Source: Caldisericota bacterium
Lineage (GTDB): Bacteria > Caldisericota > Caldisericia > JAAYUI01
Reading direction: 5' to 3'
Assembly: GCA_029548865.1 (NCBI GenBank)
Contig: JAKPMO010000012.1
Coordinates: 1 to 37,606, forward strand
Length of the DNA stretch: 37,606 nucleotides
A program made the position numbers and the translations under genes. Shown in pieces: positions 19,201 through 26,992 of this stretch (the stretch's first letter is position 1; each line of letters opens with the position of its first letter). The notes below the pieces were generated by a model. The model saw nothing but the letters and a program-made list of their open reading frames with translations, was not told the origin of the DNA and did not search any database.

Positions 19201-22200
19201 GTGCCACTGAATGTCAATATTGTTTTTATCTACATCCACAAGTGGTTTGTCTTTTGCAAGGTCCAATGTTACAAGAACAGTCTTTGTCTTCTGGTCCCAG
19301 CTCACATCTGCGCCAAAGGCCTCGCCAATAAATCTTATCGGGACGAATGTCCTTCCATCTTTTATTATCGCCGGGCTCTGGAGTGTTGTTGGGACACCAT
19401 TGATGATTGCCTTTTTTGAATTGATGGTCAGCTCGATTGTGGTTGTGCCTATTGTAGCACGGACACTCCTGGTCTGTTGCACCCATTCCACCTTTGCACC
19501 GAAAGGTTCTCCGATAAACCTGTATGGAACATAGGTGGTTCCTTTTTCTATAAAGGCCGGCGGGGAGACTTCTTTTTCCTCCCCATCAATTGTGGCCGTT
19601 TTTGATCCGATTACAATCGAGATTATCCTTTTTGTATTTGCGTATTTGAGTTTCACTTCAACTGATCCGACGGGATGCCCATTTATAAAAAACTCAATTT
19701 TTCCAGATTTTGGTTTGAGCTGATTTATGAGCGCATTATTGGGGAATGGCCATATTTCAATTGTTTTGCCGCCTTCAACAGGATAATTTTTGGAATAGTT
19801 GTTACCTAGGTGCAGCCAGTCCGGAACAATGTAGCTTAAAAGCCCACTCCTGTTTGGTGTAAACTTGAAAGATTGCCTTGTCATCCAGGAAAAATCTTTG
19901 GAATATATTGTGTCTTGTTCAAGCTCAATGAAATCCGGTGGGAAGATCTCTGCGGAGAATGGGGCAATCTTTGACATGTCGTAGGTGATTACAACCTGAC
20001 CGCCCTCTTTTTTCTCGATTCCCATGCCCATGATCTCAAGAAGGCTCTCGGGGAGCATTACCTCATCTTTGTTCTCATAAACTTCTTTTTTGAGTGTAAA
20101 TGGAACATTGCCTTTCAATCCGACTGCCGAACCTGTCCACAACCTGTACTGCTCGTCATTGAAGGTGAGCTTTATCCCGTCAGCATCTTTTTTTACGAGC
20201 ATTCCAAATGACATCGAAAGAGCAGATGACGGATAGCAATTGGCATTTGATACGACCTCAAACCCCTGACTCACAGGTACGTCATCGCCCTGGATTTTTA
20301 CCCTTTTTGACCCTGGCGTCATGATGAGCTCTACAGTTGGCTCCTCGCCTGTGACTGCAGTTACAGGCAGGAAAACCATTCCACCCGATGTTTCAATCTG
20401 GATCATGCATATATGGAAGCCCTTTGGAATGAGCCATTTTGGCAATAGCGTTGCCTCAACGACTGTTTTGTCGGGATTGAGTTTGGCCGGCTTTATTTCA
20501 AGCCAGTCGGAGCATGGTTTCAATGTTCCGGAAAGTGGACCCTTACCTGTGTTTGTGATTGTGAATGTGATTGTTTTTGGTTCTGATCTCTGGGTCACAA
20601 AACCAAAGTTCAGCATTGACGTGGAGAGTTCAGCCTTTGCCTGGAGAACGTATGAAACAGTGATTGTTTTTTCGATCTTCTCGCCGGATGATGGTTTTGT
20701 GGCTGTGACCTTCAAATCATTCTTGCCTTCGCCAAGTGTTACCGGAATGGAAAATTTTCCAGTTTCAGAAGCTATTGTCTGCCTTCCACCAATGGTGACC
20801 CTTGCCCCCCTCCCAGTGTAACCTGACACAACGTAGTCAGGTGCTGGAGATTCAAGCGACTGGCTGTCAAGCGCAAGGAAGAATGGTTCGGCATAAAGGC
20901 ACGCTGTTAGAGCCGCAAACCTTGTGCAAAGCTGGAGACCCTCCGGATTGACATGTTCTATGGTGTCTTCCGGATCGTGCCACATCATGCCCCTTCCACC
21001 AAATATGAAAACTGATGGGACACCCTTTGCATAGAATGCCGCAGAATCATTGTTGTTTGCAGGCCTTCCCTGTCTTACATCGGCACCAACCTTTAGTCCG
21101 GAAAATTTCAATTTATCAAAGAGATCGGTGAAATTGGCGTCCATTGACAGGTTGATCCTGTTTGGTTCGCCACAGACCATGTCAAGGTTGAGAACTGTCA
21201 TTCCATCAAGCGGGAAAGGTGGATTGTTGGCCATATAGCTTGCCCCGACAAGGCCAAGTTCTTCACCGGAAAGCGCTGCAAAACAGATGTTTATTTTTGG
21301 CTTGAGGCCACTGTCTGTAAAAACCCTTGCGATTTCAAGCATTGATGCGATGCCTGAGGCATTGTCGCATGCACCTGGATAAAGGGTGCCGTCAACATCC
21401 ACACCGAGGTGGTCATAATGTGCTGTTATGAGGACTGTTTCATTTGCACCAAACGGGTCTGATGCTGCAATATAGCCGACGACATTGGAGGTTTTATGTG
21501 CAGGATTAAATTCTGCATTGACTTCTACCTGGAGCCTCGTGTTTTTGATCTGAAAAGAACTCGGAGATTTGGAATCGTTGATTTTTTTGAAGAGCTGTTC
21601 GGAAGTCAGGCCTGATTTTGAAAGTATCTGGTTTGAGCATTCCACAGAGACAAAAAAGCATGGGATGGAAGAAGGATAGGCACTGACGATCTTCTCGTTC
21701 ATGTTTCTTCTGTTTTCTGGCGGGAGCATCGGGTTCTCAAATACAACAACAGCAGATGCTCCGTGGGCTATTGCGTTGTCTACCTTGTATTGGAACGCCA
21801 TTAGCGAATCTGCTTCCTGTCCAGCTAGCTCCCTGAGATAATCCGGAGCGTGCCTTATTACGGCAACAACCTTGCCCTTGGCATCGATTCCCTTGTAGTC
21901 GTCATAATTGTATTTTTGAGTTGATATTCCAAATCCTGCAAAGATGGCATCTGCATTTGCCTTGCCTGAGCCAGTCACCTGGAGGAAATTGTAATCTTTT
22001 TTGTAAACAAACTGCTTTTCCGTTCCTCCATCCTCTGTGACCATTCTGAAATCCACTGGTGATTTTGGAAGAAAAACGGAGGTGGAAAAGTTTTGGAAGT
22101 ATGTGTCGTCGTCACCTGCCGGCTTGAGGCCAAATGATTTGTATAATGAAGCAATGTAGTCTGTTGTTATCTTCTCTCCGGGATCACCAACCATTCTGCC

Positions 22201-22371
22201 CCTGAATTCCTTTGACGAGAGTTTTTCAATATATTTCATGGGGGCTTCTGATGCTATCTTTTCTATCAGCCCCGCAAAAGAGTAGTCCGATGCCTGCACC
22301 TGACTGGCAAGCGGCAGCAGGGTTGCAAACATCATTATTACAAGTGTTAACGATGCAAATCTTTTCATCAT
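16222..22371 (-). CDS. Giant (~2049 aa) secreted M28 peptidase with PA domain, Ig/BACON repeats, stalk domains and two thioredoxin-like (TlpA) domains
   Basis: Start MMKRFASL... with signal peptide, overlapping the sufS stop. M28 motifs TAHYDHLG, GACDNASG, SGEELGL, LNLDM, WHDPEDT. PA insert FAGFGI...DDYKGIDAKGKVV. Stalk motifs GTTYVPYRFIGE, GRTFVPIRFIGEAFGADVSW. Thioredoxin motif DFWATWCPPC plus a degenerate copy (FFYSNNQAC...IPRLYIV). Confidence 0.88.
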   Translation of the reverse strand: MMKRFASLTLVIMMFATLLPLASQVQASDYSFAGLIEKIASEAPMKYIEKLSSKEFRGRMVGDPGEKITTDYIASLYKSFGLKPAGDDDTYFQNFSTSVFLPKSPVDFRMVTEDGGTEKQFVYKKDYNFLQVTGSGKANADAIFAGFGISTQKYNYDDYKGIDAKGKVVAVIRHAPDYLRELAGQEADSLMAFQYKVDNAIAHGASAVVVFENPMLPPENRRNMNEKIVSAYPSSIPCFFVSVECSNQILSKSGLTSEQLFKKINDSKSPSSFQIKNTRLQVEVNAEFNPAHKTSNVVGYIAASDPFGANETVLITAHYDHLGVDVDGTLYPGACDNASGIASMLEIARVFTDSGLKPKINICFAALSGEELGLVGASYMANNPPFPLDGMTVLNLDMVCGEPNRINLSMDANFTDLFDKLKFSGLKVGADVRQGRPANNNDSAAFYAKGVPSVFIFGGRGMMWHDPEDTIEHVNPEGLQLCTRFAALTACLYAEPFFLALDSQSLESPAPDYVVSGYTGRGARVTIGGRQTIASETGKFSIPVTLGEGKNDLKVTATKPSSGEKIEKTITVSYVLQAKAELSTSMLNFGFVTQRSEPKTITFTITNTGKGPLSGTLKPCSDWLEIKPAKLNPDKTVVEATLLPKWLIPKGFHICMIQIETSGGMVFLPVTAVTGEEPTVELIMTPGSKRVKIQGDDVPVSQGFEVVSNANCYPSSALSMSFGMLVKKDADGIKLTFNDEQYRLWTGSAVGLKGNVPFTLKKEVYENKDEVMLPESLLEIMGMGIEKKEGGQVVITYDMSKIAPFSAEIFPPDFIELEQDTIYSKDFSWMTRQSFKFTPNRSGLLSYIVPDWLHLGNNYSKNYPVEGGKTIEIWPFPNNALINQLKPKSGKIEFFINGHPVGSVEVKLKYANTKRIISIVIGSKTATIDGEEKEVSPPAFIEKGTTYVPYRFIGEPFGAKVEWVQQTRSVRATIGTTTIELTINSKKAIINGVPTTLQSPAIIKDGRTFVPIRFIGEAFGADVSWDQKTKTVLVTLDLAKDKPLVDVDKNNIDIQWHDATPNAIPPKTTVTIINKGGGKIIFKEPIDTTSAMQTTRVSVSKEKVTLTPIFGSDLPIETSDAAIVATYNGIVGLNLNVGIYPKDSVLFSSKGDFYKINGFEQQDQPKVLDGLVSTSVLKFISSCGGSSIFDPTSGNLAIMMRGKTLELGTKTGDFFLDGTKMPWKFRYEVKGEDVMLPWACLSLAFGLEISENYESVRVWLKKEPQPLLSLDWPSIDLVKMNDKKVAKPFEANLYPIRENAKYSLLQDQSQYKLFFFYSNNQACAKMIPFIESTFRRYKDKGLSCYLVSNSIPTDSTVEQFFAGNRDIMEGLDALSIVGLTLPIMFNESGEICEGFPGESIPRLYIVNSKDELVFALPDANQSQLIYLEQATASIFDKQGAVPPDVLTVNVSNKGGSAGQGSITSNSPLVNILTGTFRSSPVQVSLSFDPSQVELENTPNYKIATATLLGTSNQVEIPVRCWNIPPFTSFSSWYNGSKTIRINGSNVSMPVAATAGDDPVGPIGLIAKSIGAEVRILSNQTVRFIAGQNEATMYIGQNFAESGGSKFEFGGKFSIESGEIYGPVKFLSQFAGATLQSFDGTIVLWAPTIRGRATTPLLSVDKSSLMFNSYIPPAGGFRAAPDFELPSYPYSSGAKTKLSELLKKPEVQVVIIDFWATWCPPCKSSMPHLEKLWRNYKNKGLVVLGVITDQDEKTDEDIEETLTEDSRIKGGLKSLGLDKITYPMCYDIRPELKTFRLYEGKAIPRLVVITKDMKWAYTNVGFWDQGVRNLEFKVRRLLGIEESAKAPSLSLSNIGVGELSGTITSSLPYITPKNTNFSTTDSTSIEFSVNTWTAPVFPETGTITIESNGGKFICDIQYNPVFENKPLELKINTTDSSLTFNNLKTKVSISTKTFGDKYLVAINSLLPALGGSASVLPDRKRALGQFETWQISVEHNKTAVSAGPFTLNAQAPTIIEGGDIFVDFETLCDIIGAEASFENENKTLVLRYEI

Positions 22372-23579
22372 TCCTCCGCGATTATCTCTTTGATGGCGCT
22401 GGCAAATATTTCCATTTCTTCTTTTGTGTTGTAGAGGTAAGTTGAAACCCTTAGTGTGCCGTCGATTCCCCTTGAATTGAACCAGCCATGCACGCAATGG
22501 AAGCCTGCCCTCAGCATTATTCCGACTCTGTCGTCAAGGAGCATGGCAAGGTCGTGGACATTGTAGCCTTCGACCGTCATACTTGTTATCCCACCCCTAT
22601 CCTTGGCGTCTTTTGGCCCGAGGATCTTTATTTGTGGAACACCCTCAAGAAGGTCTTGCAGGTACTGATTCAGTTCAATTTCGTGCTCATGTATGTTGGA
22701 GAGCCCTATCGACTCGATGTAGTCTATGGCTGGCTTTACACCCACAATACCGGCGTAATTTTGCAGCCCTGCTTCGAATTTTCTTGGAGGATCAAGCAGT
22801 TTTACTTCATCGTATGTTACAGAAAACACTGTTCCACCACCAGTTGTTAGTGGTTTCAATTTCCTTAATTCCTCAAGCTTCCCGTAGAGTGCGCCCATGC
22901 CTGTCGGACCGCACATCTTGTGGATTGAGATGGCCATGAAATCACAGCCAATTTCTTGAACATTGAGTGGGACATGTGCCGCTCCCTGTGCCGCATCGAG
23001 ACAAACCAGTGCACCGGCCTCTTTCCCAAGCTTGCACACCTCGGCCACTCTTGAGGTTTCACCATCAAGGTTTGAAGTGTGGTAGAAACTTATGAGTCTT
23101 GGTTTTGACTCTTTTATCGCTTTTGCCCAATTGTCGACTGAGAATCTTCCGTCATCTCCGGATGGTACAACGATGACCTTTACACCCCATTCTTTCAGCC
23201 TGAACCATGGGACAAAGTTTGAATTGTGTTCCTTGTCTGAAACCAGCACAATATCGCCAGGTTTCCAGTCTATGCCATATGAAACTATGCTTATTGATTC
23301 GGAAGTGTTCCTTGTGAACACAACCTCGTTTACATGGTTTGCTTTAATATAATCTTTTATGGCCCTTCTTGAGGCGAGCATGTCCTGCTCGAGCCTCATT
23401 GCCATTGCATGGGCCGACCTTCCCTCGCAGACCGGGTACTCGTCATAATAGGTAGTCATCGCATCGACAACCTGTTTGGGTTTTAGTGTCATACAGGCGT
23501 TGTCGAGGTAAATGGGCGGGTTTTCCCTGTCCAGGACTGTAAAATCTCTTCTGAGTCTACAAGGGTCTATCTTTGACAT
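22368..23579 (-). CDS. sufS: Class V PLP aminotransferase, SufS-type cysteine desulfurase
   Basis: IYLDNAC, FTRNTSE, EHNSN, DAAQ, SIHKMCGPTG (PLP lysine), FEAGLQN, RAGFHC (catalytic Cys), LRVSTYLYNT. Confidence 0.85.
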   Translation of the reverse strand: MSKIDPCRLRRDFTVLDRENPPIYLDNACMTLKPKQVVDAMTTYYDEYPVCEGRSAHAMAMRLEQDMLASRRAIKDYIKANHVNEVVFTRNTSESISIVSYGIDWKPGDIVLVSDKEHNSNFVPWFRLKEWGVKVIVVPSGDDGRFSVDNWAKAIKESKPRLISFYHTSNLDGETSRVAEVCKLGKEAGALVCLDAAQGAAHVPLNVQEIGCDFMAISIHKMCGPTGMGALYGKLEELRKLKPLTTGGGTVFSVTYDEVKLLDPPRKFEAGLQNYAGIVGVKPAIDYIESIGLSNIHEHEIELNQYLQDLLEGVPQIKILGPKDAKDRGGITSMTVEGYNVHDLAMLLDDRVGIMLRAGFHCVHGWFNSRGIDGTLRVSTYLYNTKEEMEIFASAIKEIIAEE

Positions 23580-23779
23580 GAGCTACACGAACCTCCGTTA
23601 CATGAATTGCAGGACGAGCCTGAAGAATTTGCTGAAGAAGATGGCGAGGAAAATGAAGACACCATTTTTTTGGTGTTTTCACATCCACACTTGGGACATT
23701 TTGGGTTTTTGGCGTTATACGATAAAAGCTCTGAAAATTTGTGCCCACAAGAAGGACACTTGTACTCATAGATTGGCAT
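23567..23779 (-). CDS. FmdB-family zinc ribbon protein
   Basis: MPIYEYKCPSCGHKF...CPKCG; Ser-rich tail with extra CxxC..CxxC. Confidence 0.9.
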   Translation of the reverse strand: MPIYEYKCPSCGHKFSELLSYNAKNPKCPKCGCENTKKMVSSFSSPSSSANSSGSSCNSCNGGSCSSCQR

Positions 23780-24227
23780 TCTTTGTACCTTCGATTGATT
23801 CTTCCAGTATTGCCTGAGATTTTGTTATGGATGTTTTTGCCTGTTCTAGGATTTTTCTGACAAAATCATTGGTCTGGCAAACCATGTTTTTTGACTCGGT
23901 TTTTGCTTCCTCCATTATCCTGGAGGCCTCAAAATTTGCCTGGTTGACTATCTCCTGGGCCTTTTCAGTGGCCTCTTTTATGATTTTGGCCCTCTCATCG
24001 GCGTTGAGTTTTATTGATTCAGCTTCAATCTCGGCTTGCCTGATCAGATCTGCACGCTTTCTTATGATCTCCGAGGCTTCTTCAAATTCGACAGGAAAAT
24101 CCTGGATTATTCTTTCAAGAATTTCTCTCGCCTCTTTTTCAGGAATGAGGATGGTTTTTGAAAAAGCTGCCTTCTTGCCATTCAAGATAAGCTCTCTGAA
24201 GTTTTCAAGATCAGATATTATGCCCAT
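23766..24227 (-). CDS. Coiled-coil protein (DivIVA/ATP synthase b-like), of the type often found after coaD
   Basis: Repetitive EA..I..EA heptads; LENFRELI..GKK..FSK..I N-terminus; position directly after rsmD-coaD. Confidence 0.7.
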   Translation of the reverse strand: MGIISDLENFRELILNGKKAAFSKTILIPEKEAREILERIIQDFPVEFEEASEIIRKRADLIRQAEIEAESIKLNADERAKIIKEATEKAQEIVNQANFEASRIMEEAKTESKNMVCQTNDFVRKILEQAKTSITKSQAILEESIEGTKNANL

Positions 24228-24723
24228 TTTCCTCCAGCTCCTTTAGCAGTTCCAGAACAACACTTGGAACAAACGCTGATATATCTCCGCCCTCTCTGGC
24301 TATTTGCTTGACGAAAGTTGAGGATATGAAGCTGTATTCAGGTTCTGACATCAAAAAAACCGTTTCCAGTTCGGGCATGACTACATTGTTGATGGTTGAC
24401 ATCCTATATTCAACATCAAAATCGGAGATTGTCCTTAAGCCCCTTACAATCACGTTTGAATTTGTTTTTTTTGCACAATCAACCAGGAGCCCGGTAAAAC
24501 CAATAATTTTTACATTGAGATTTCCGGAGAAGATTTGTTTCAAAAGATTTATTCTTTGCTCGTACATGAGGAGAGGGTCTTTGCCAGATATTTTGGCAAC
24601 AGCCACTGTCACATCCCCAAACAGGGAACACGCCCTTTCAATCAGTGATATGTGGCCCAGTGTGGGTGGGTCAAAGGTCCCCGGGTACAGGGCGCGAATA
24701 GAACGTGAGTTTTGTTCCACCAT
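24211..24723 (-). CDS. coaD: Pantetheine-phosphate adenylyltransferase
   Basis: YPGTFDPPTLGH, IVRGLRTISDFDVE, LETVFL, ISSTFVKQIA; AAGGAG-7nt-ATG at 24723. Confidence 0.95.
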   Translation of the reverse strand: MVEQNSRSIRALYPGTFDPPTLGHISLIERACSLFGDVTVAVAKISGKDPLLMYEQRINLLKQIFSGNLNVKIIGFTGLLVDCAKKTNSNVIVRGLRTISDFDVEYRMSTINNVVMPELETVFLMSEPEYSFISSTFVKQIAREGGDISAFVPSVVLELLKELEENGHNI

Positions 24724-25264
24724 ACTTTTTCTCCTTGAACCTGGAGAGGCCAAAAAGCCCTTCCGGATATTCGGTTTCTTCGTCATGCTCGATGATCAAT
24801 ATTCCTTCTAGAGCAAGGATTGAAGGCATCTGTTCCAGATTTTTTGATAGCTTCTCCGGTGTAATTTCATAGGGTGGATCACAGAAAATTATGTCAAAAA
24901 AAAGCTTATTTGCTGATGCTTGCGAGACAAAAGAGCCAGCATCCATCTTTTCAACGGTCACGCTTTCATCCACCTTAAAGGTCTTCACTGCTTCTCTGGC
25001 GACCTTGCAGGCAACAAAATCCCTGTCGACAAGCCATGAATGACGCGCACCTCTTGATATAGCTTCGATTCCAGTTGCCCCTGATCCACAGCAGAGATCA
25101 AGAAAATTTGCTCTTATAACAAAATCTCCAATAATGTCAAAAAAGGCTTCCCTGACCATGTCTTTTGTTGGTCTGCCCTGAAATTCGGGCGGCAACATCA
25201 TCACCCTTCCCCTCAGGGTGCCACCAACAATCCTTAAACGCATTCCCTTGCTTTTTTTCACCAT
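24671..25264 (-). CDS. rsmD: 16S rRNA m2G966 methyltransferase RsmD
   Basis: LRIVGGTLRGR, RPTKDMVREAFF, FLDLCCGSGATGIEAISRGA, DIIFCDPPY, KKYGGT. Start may be 25243. Confidence 0.93.
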   Translation of the reverse strand: MVKKSKGMRLRIVGGTLRGRVMMLPPEFQGRPTKDMVREAFFDIIGDFVIRANFLDLCCGSGATGIEAISRGARHSWLVDRDFVACKVAREAVKTFKVDESVTVEKMDAGSFVSQASANKLFFDIIFCDPPYEITPEKLSKNLEQMPSILALEGILIIEHDEETEYPEGLFGLSRFKEKKYGGTKLTFYSRPVPGDL

Positions 25265-25774
25265 CTAGATTGTGTACTTTTCGAACCTTTCTTTTCCTAC
25301 CTTGCAGATCGGACACTTTTCAGGCGGTGTTTCCCTTGAGCAGAGATAGCCACATACCTTGCAGCGCCAGATTGGATATGGCAATAAGGTTGACCTTTTT
25401 TCAACCTGGACATCTGGGGTTCCTTGTTTTTGACGCTGTTCTTTTGGTGGTCTTCTTTCAGGGATTGAACTGGCCTGCTTTTTTCCAGAGCTTATTTCCT
25501 CATTTACATAAAGAGCGCAATAACAGGCGCCAAATTCTGCAATGTCGGGGTCTCTGTAATCACATGGACACACTATGTCCAGGTCGTCATCAATCGAGCC
25601 TGTTGCTAGCCTGCAGGGGCAGGATTGGTAGCCAAACCTTGTTTGATTTGTTATGAGCCCACTGATGAGATTTTTTGTGAATGCGACATCAGGGTTTAAG
25701 TAGTAGCCGCCCTCTTCTGCCTCTGTTTTCAGTTTTGAATAAAGCTGGTCGATCTGTTCCTGAGTGGGACTCAT
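25265..25774 (-). CDS. Ferredoxin:thioredoxin reductase catalytic-subunit-like protein with C-terminal rubredoxin domain (FDR-type)
   Basis: CPC..CPC..CYC ligands (QSCPCR, IVCPCDY, GACYCALY); C-terminal WRCKVCGY...PPEKCPIC. Confidence 0.92.
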   Translation of the reverse strand: MSPTQEQIDQLYSKLKTEAEEGGYYLNPDVAFTKNLISGLITNQTRFGYQSCPCRLATGSIDDDLDIVCPCDYRDPDIAEFGACYCALYVNEEISSGKKQASSIPERRPPKEQRQKQGTPDVQVEKRSTLLPYPIWRCKVCGYLCSRETPPEKCPICKVGKERFEKYTI

Positions 25775-26052
25775 ATTCCCAAGAGCTCCCTTATTTTATC
25801 AGGCTGGAAGCCAATGACCGCTTTTTTATTGTTAATCACAATTGTTGGAAATGAGGAGGTTGGGTTCCAGACTTTCATCTCTTCGACTATTTTGTCTTCT
25901 TCGCTTTCCGGCAGGAGGTCTATATCAACATAACTGTACTCCAGGCCAAGTTCTTTAAGGAATTCTTTGGTTTTTTTGCACCAGCCGCATGTACTAAGCG
26001 CATAAATGAAAATGGTCCCTTTGTTTTCTCCTACGACATGAGTTACGCTCAT
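25771..26052 (-). CDS. Glutaredoxin/NrdH-like redoxin
   Basis: IYALSTCGWCKKTKEFL, SFPTIVI, IGFQPD; AGGAGG RBS; ATGA overlap with the FTR-like gene. Confidence 0.92.
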   Translation of the reverse strand: MSVTHVVGENKGTIFIYALSTCGWCKKTKEFLKELGLEYSYVDIDLLPESEEDKIVEEMKVWNPTSSFPTIVINNKKAVIGFQPDKIRELLGI

Positions 26053-26080
26053 TCCTACACCTCCTTTTTTGCCATTATAC

Positions 26081-26112
26081 AAAAAAAGCGCCCCTTTTAA
26101 AAGGAGCGCTTT
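26081..26112 (-). terminator. Intrinsic terminator after the TlpA genes
   Basis: Minus strand aaagcgctcctttt-aaaaggggcgc-ttttttt. Confidence 0.85.
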
Positions 26113-26126
26113 GATTTTCTGGAGTT

Positions 26127-26888
26127 TTACTCTCCCATCACTCCCTTGACTTTTTCGATGAGCTCGTTGACCTTGCCCTCGTCAAAGCCGGTGTGCTGAT
26201 AAACAAGCTTGTGGTCCTTGTCGATGAGGAATGTTCTCGGTATTGAGGTAACTCCAAGTGCTTTGGACATTGCCCTGTCGCCATCGACCGGGATGTTCAT
26301 TGTGATTGCCTGTCCATCGATGAGTTCGAACTCGCCAAGCTTCTTCCATGATTTCTTGATCTTGTTGTCGTTGGTTCCATCAAGTGTTTCCATGATTGAA
26401 ACTTCATCTTCAAATGGATCGATGGTTGCAGCAAGAACTACGAGACCCTTATCTTTGTACTGCCTGTGGAGCTGCTCAAGATACGGGAGCTCTTCCTTGC
26501 ATGGTTCGCACCAAACTGCCCAGAAATCAAGGACGAGTGCTTTTGCATTGTTCTCTTCCATGATCTGGTAGAGGGACGATTCGGAACCTGCAGAAACTGG
26601 GTGGAGCTTGAACTTGAGGTCCGGAACAACGTCGCCAACGTTCAGTCTGACATTGGATTCCATTCCTGGAACTACCAATTCATCACCCTGTTCTCCGGCC
26701 GTCTTATCTGTGCCCTGGTCGGTCTGTCCATTATTGTTTTGATCAGTTGTTCCCTGGTCGGTAGTTCCCTGATCAGTTGGCGTTCCGTTGTCTGTCGGAG
26801 TTGTATTGCTTCCGCCGCATGCTGTCAGAACTAATGAACCGAGAAGAACGACTGCCAAGAAAAGAACCAATATTTTTGTGTACTTCAT
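26127..26888 (-). CDS. TlpA-family thiol-disulfide oxidoreductase lipoprotein (copy 2, with TDQG-repeat linker)
   Basis: AAGGAGG RBS; lipobox LTAC; LDFWAVWCEPCKEELP; cis-Pro SIPRTFLID. Confidence 0.92.
   Translation of the reverse strand: MKYTKILVLFLAVVLLGSLVLTACGGSNTTPTDNGTPTDQGTTDQGTTDQNNNGQTDQGTDKTAGEQGDELVVPGMESNVRLNVGDVVPDLKFKLHPVSAGSESSLYQIMEENNAKALVLDFWAVWCEPCKEELPYLEQLHRQYKDKGLVVLAATIDPFEDEVSIMETLDGTNDNKIKKSWKKLGEFELIDGQAITMNIPVDGDRAMSKALGVTSIPRTFLIDKDHKLVYQHTGFDEGKVNELIEKVKGVMGE
26703..26796 (-). repeat. Short tandem repeats encoding T-D-[QN]-G linker units
   Basis: Peptide TDNGTPTDQGTTDQGTTDQNNNGQTDQGTD, ~15-nt period. Confidence 0.65.
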
Positions 26889-26992
26889 TTTGCCTCCTTT
26901 AAGGATGACCCTTTTGTACATATACTTACACACGAGTCAACCACAAAATCGTGTCAAAAGTATTTAAGGCCGGTTTAATTTGACTTAATCAA

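Noticed and set aside
22372..22497. N-terminal extension of the 2091-aa ORF
   Set aside because: Overlaps the sufS coding region; the signal peptide and RBS indicate a start at 22371 or 22368.
26703..26796. Short repeats as a CRISPR or mobile repeat
   Set aside because: In-frame low-complexity linker in a lipoprotein, with no repeat-spacer structure.
26929..26957. Repeated TTGAC(A/T)CG motif upstream of TlpA copy 2 as an operator or promoter
   Set aside because: No convincingly spaced -10 element and no second instance found to support a binding site.
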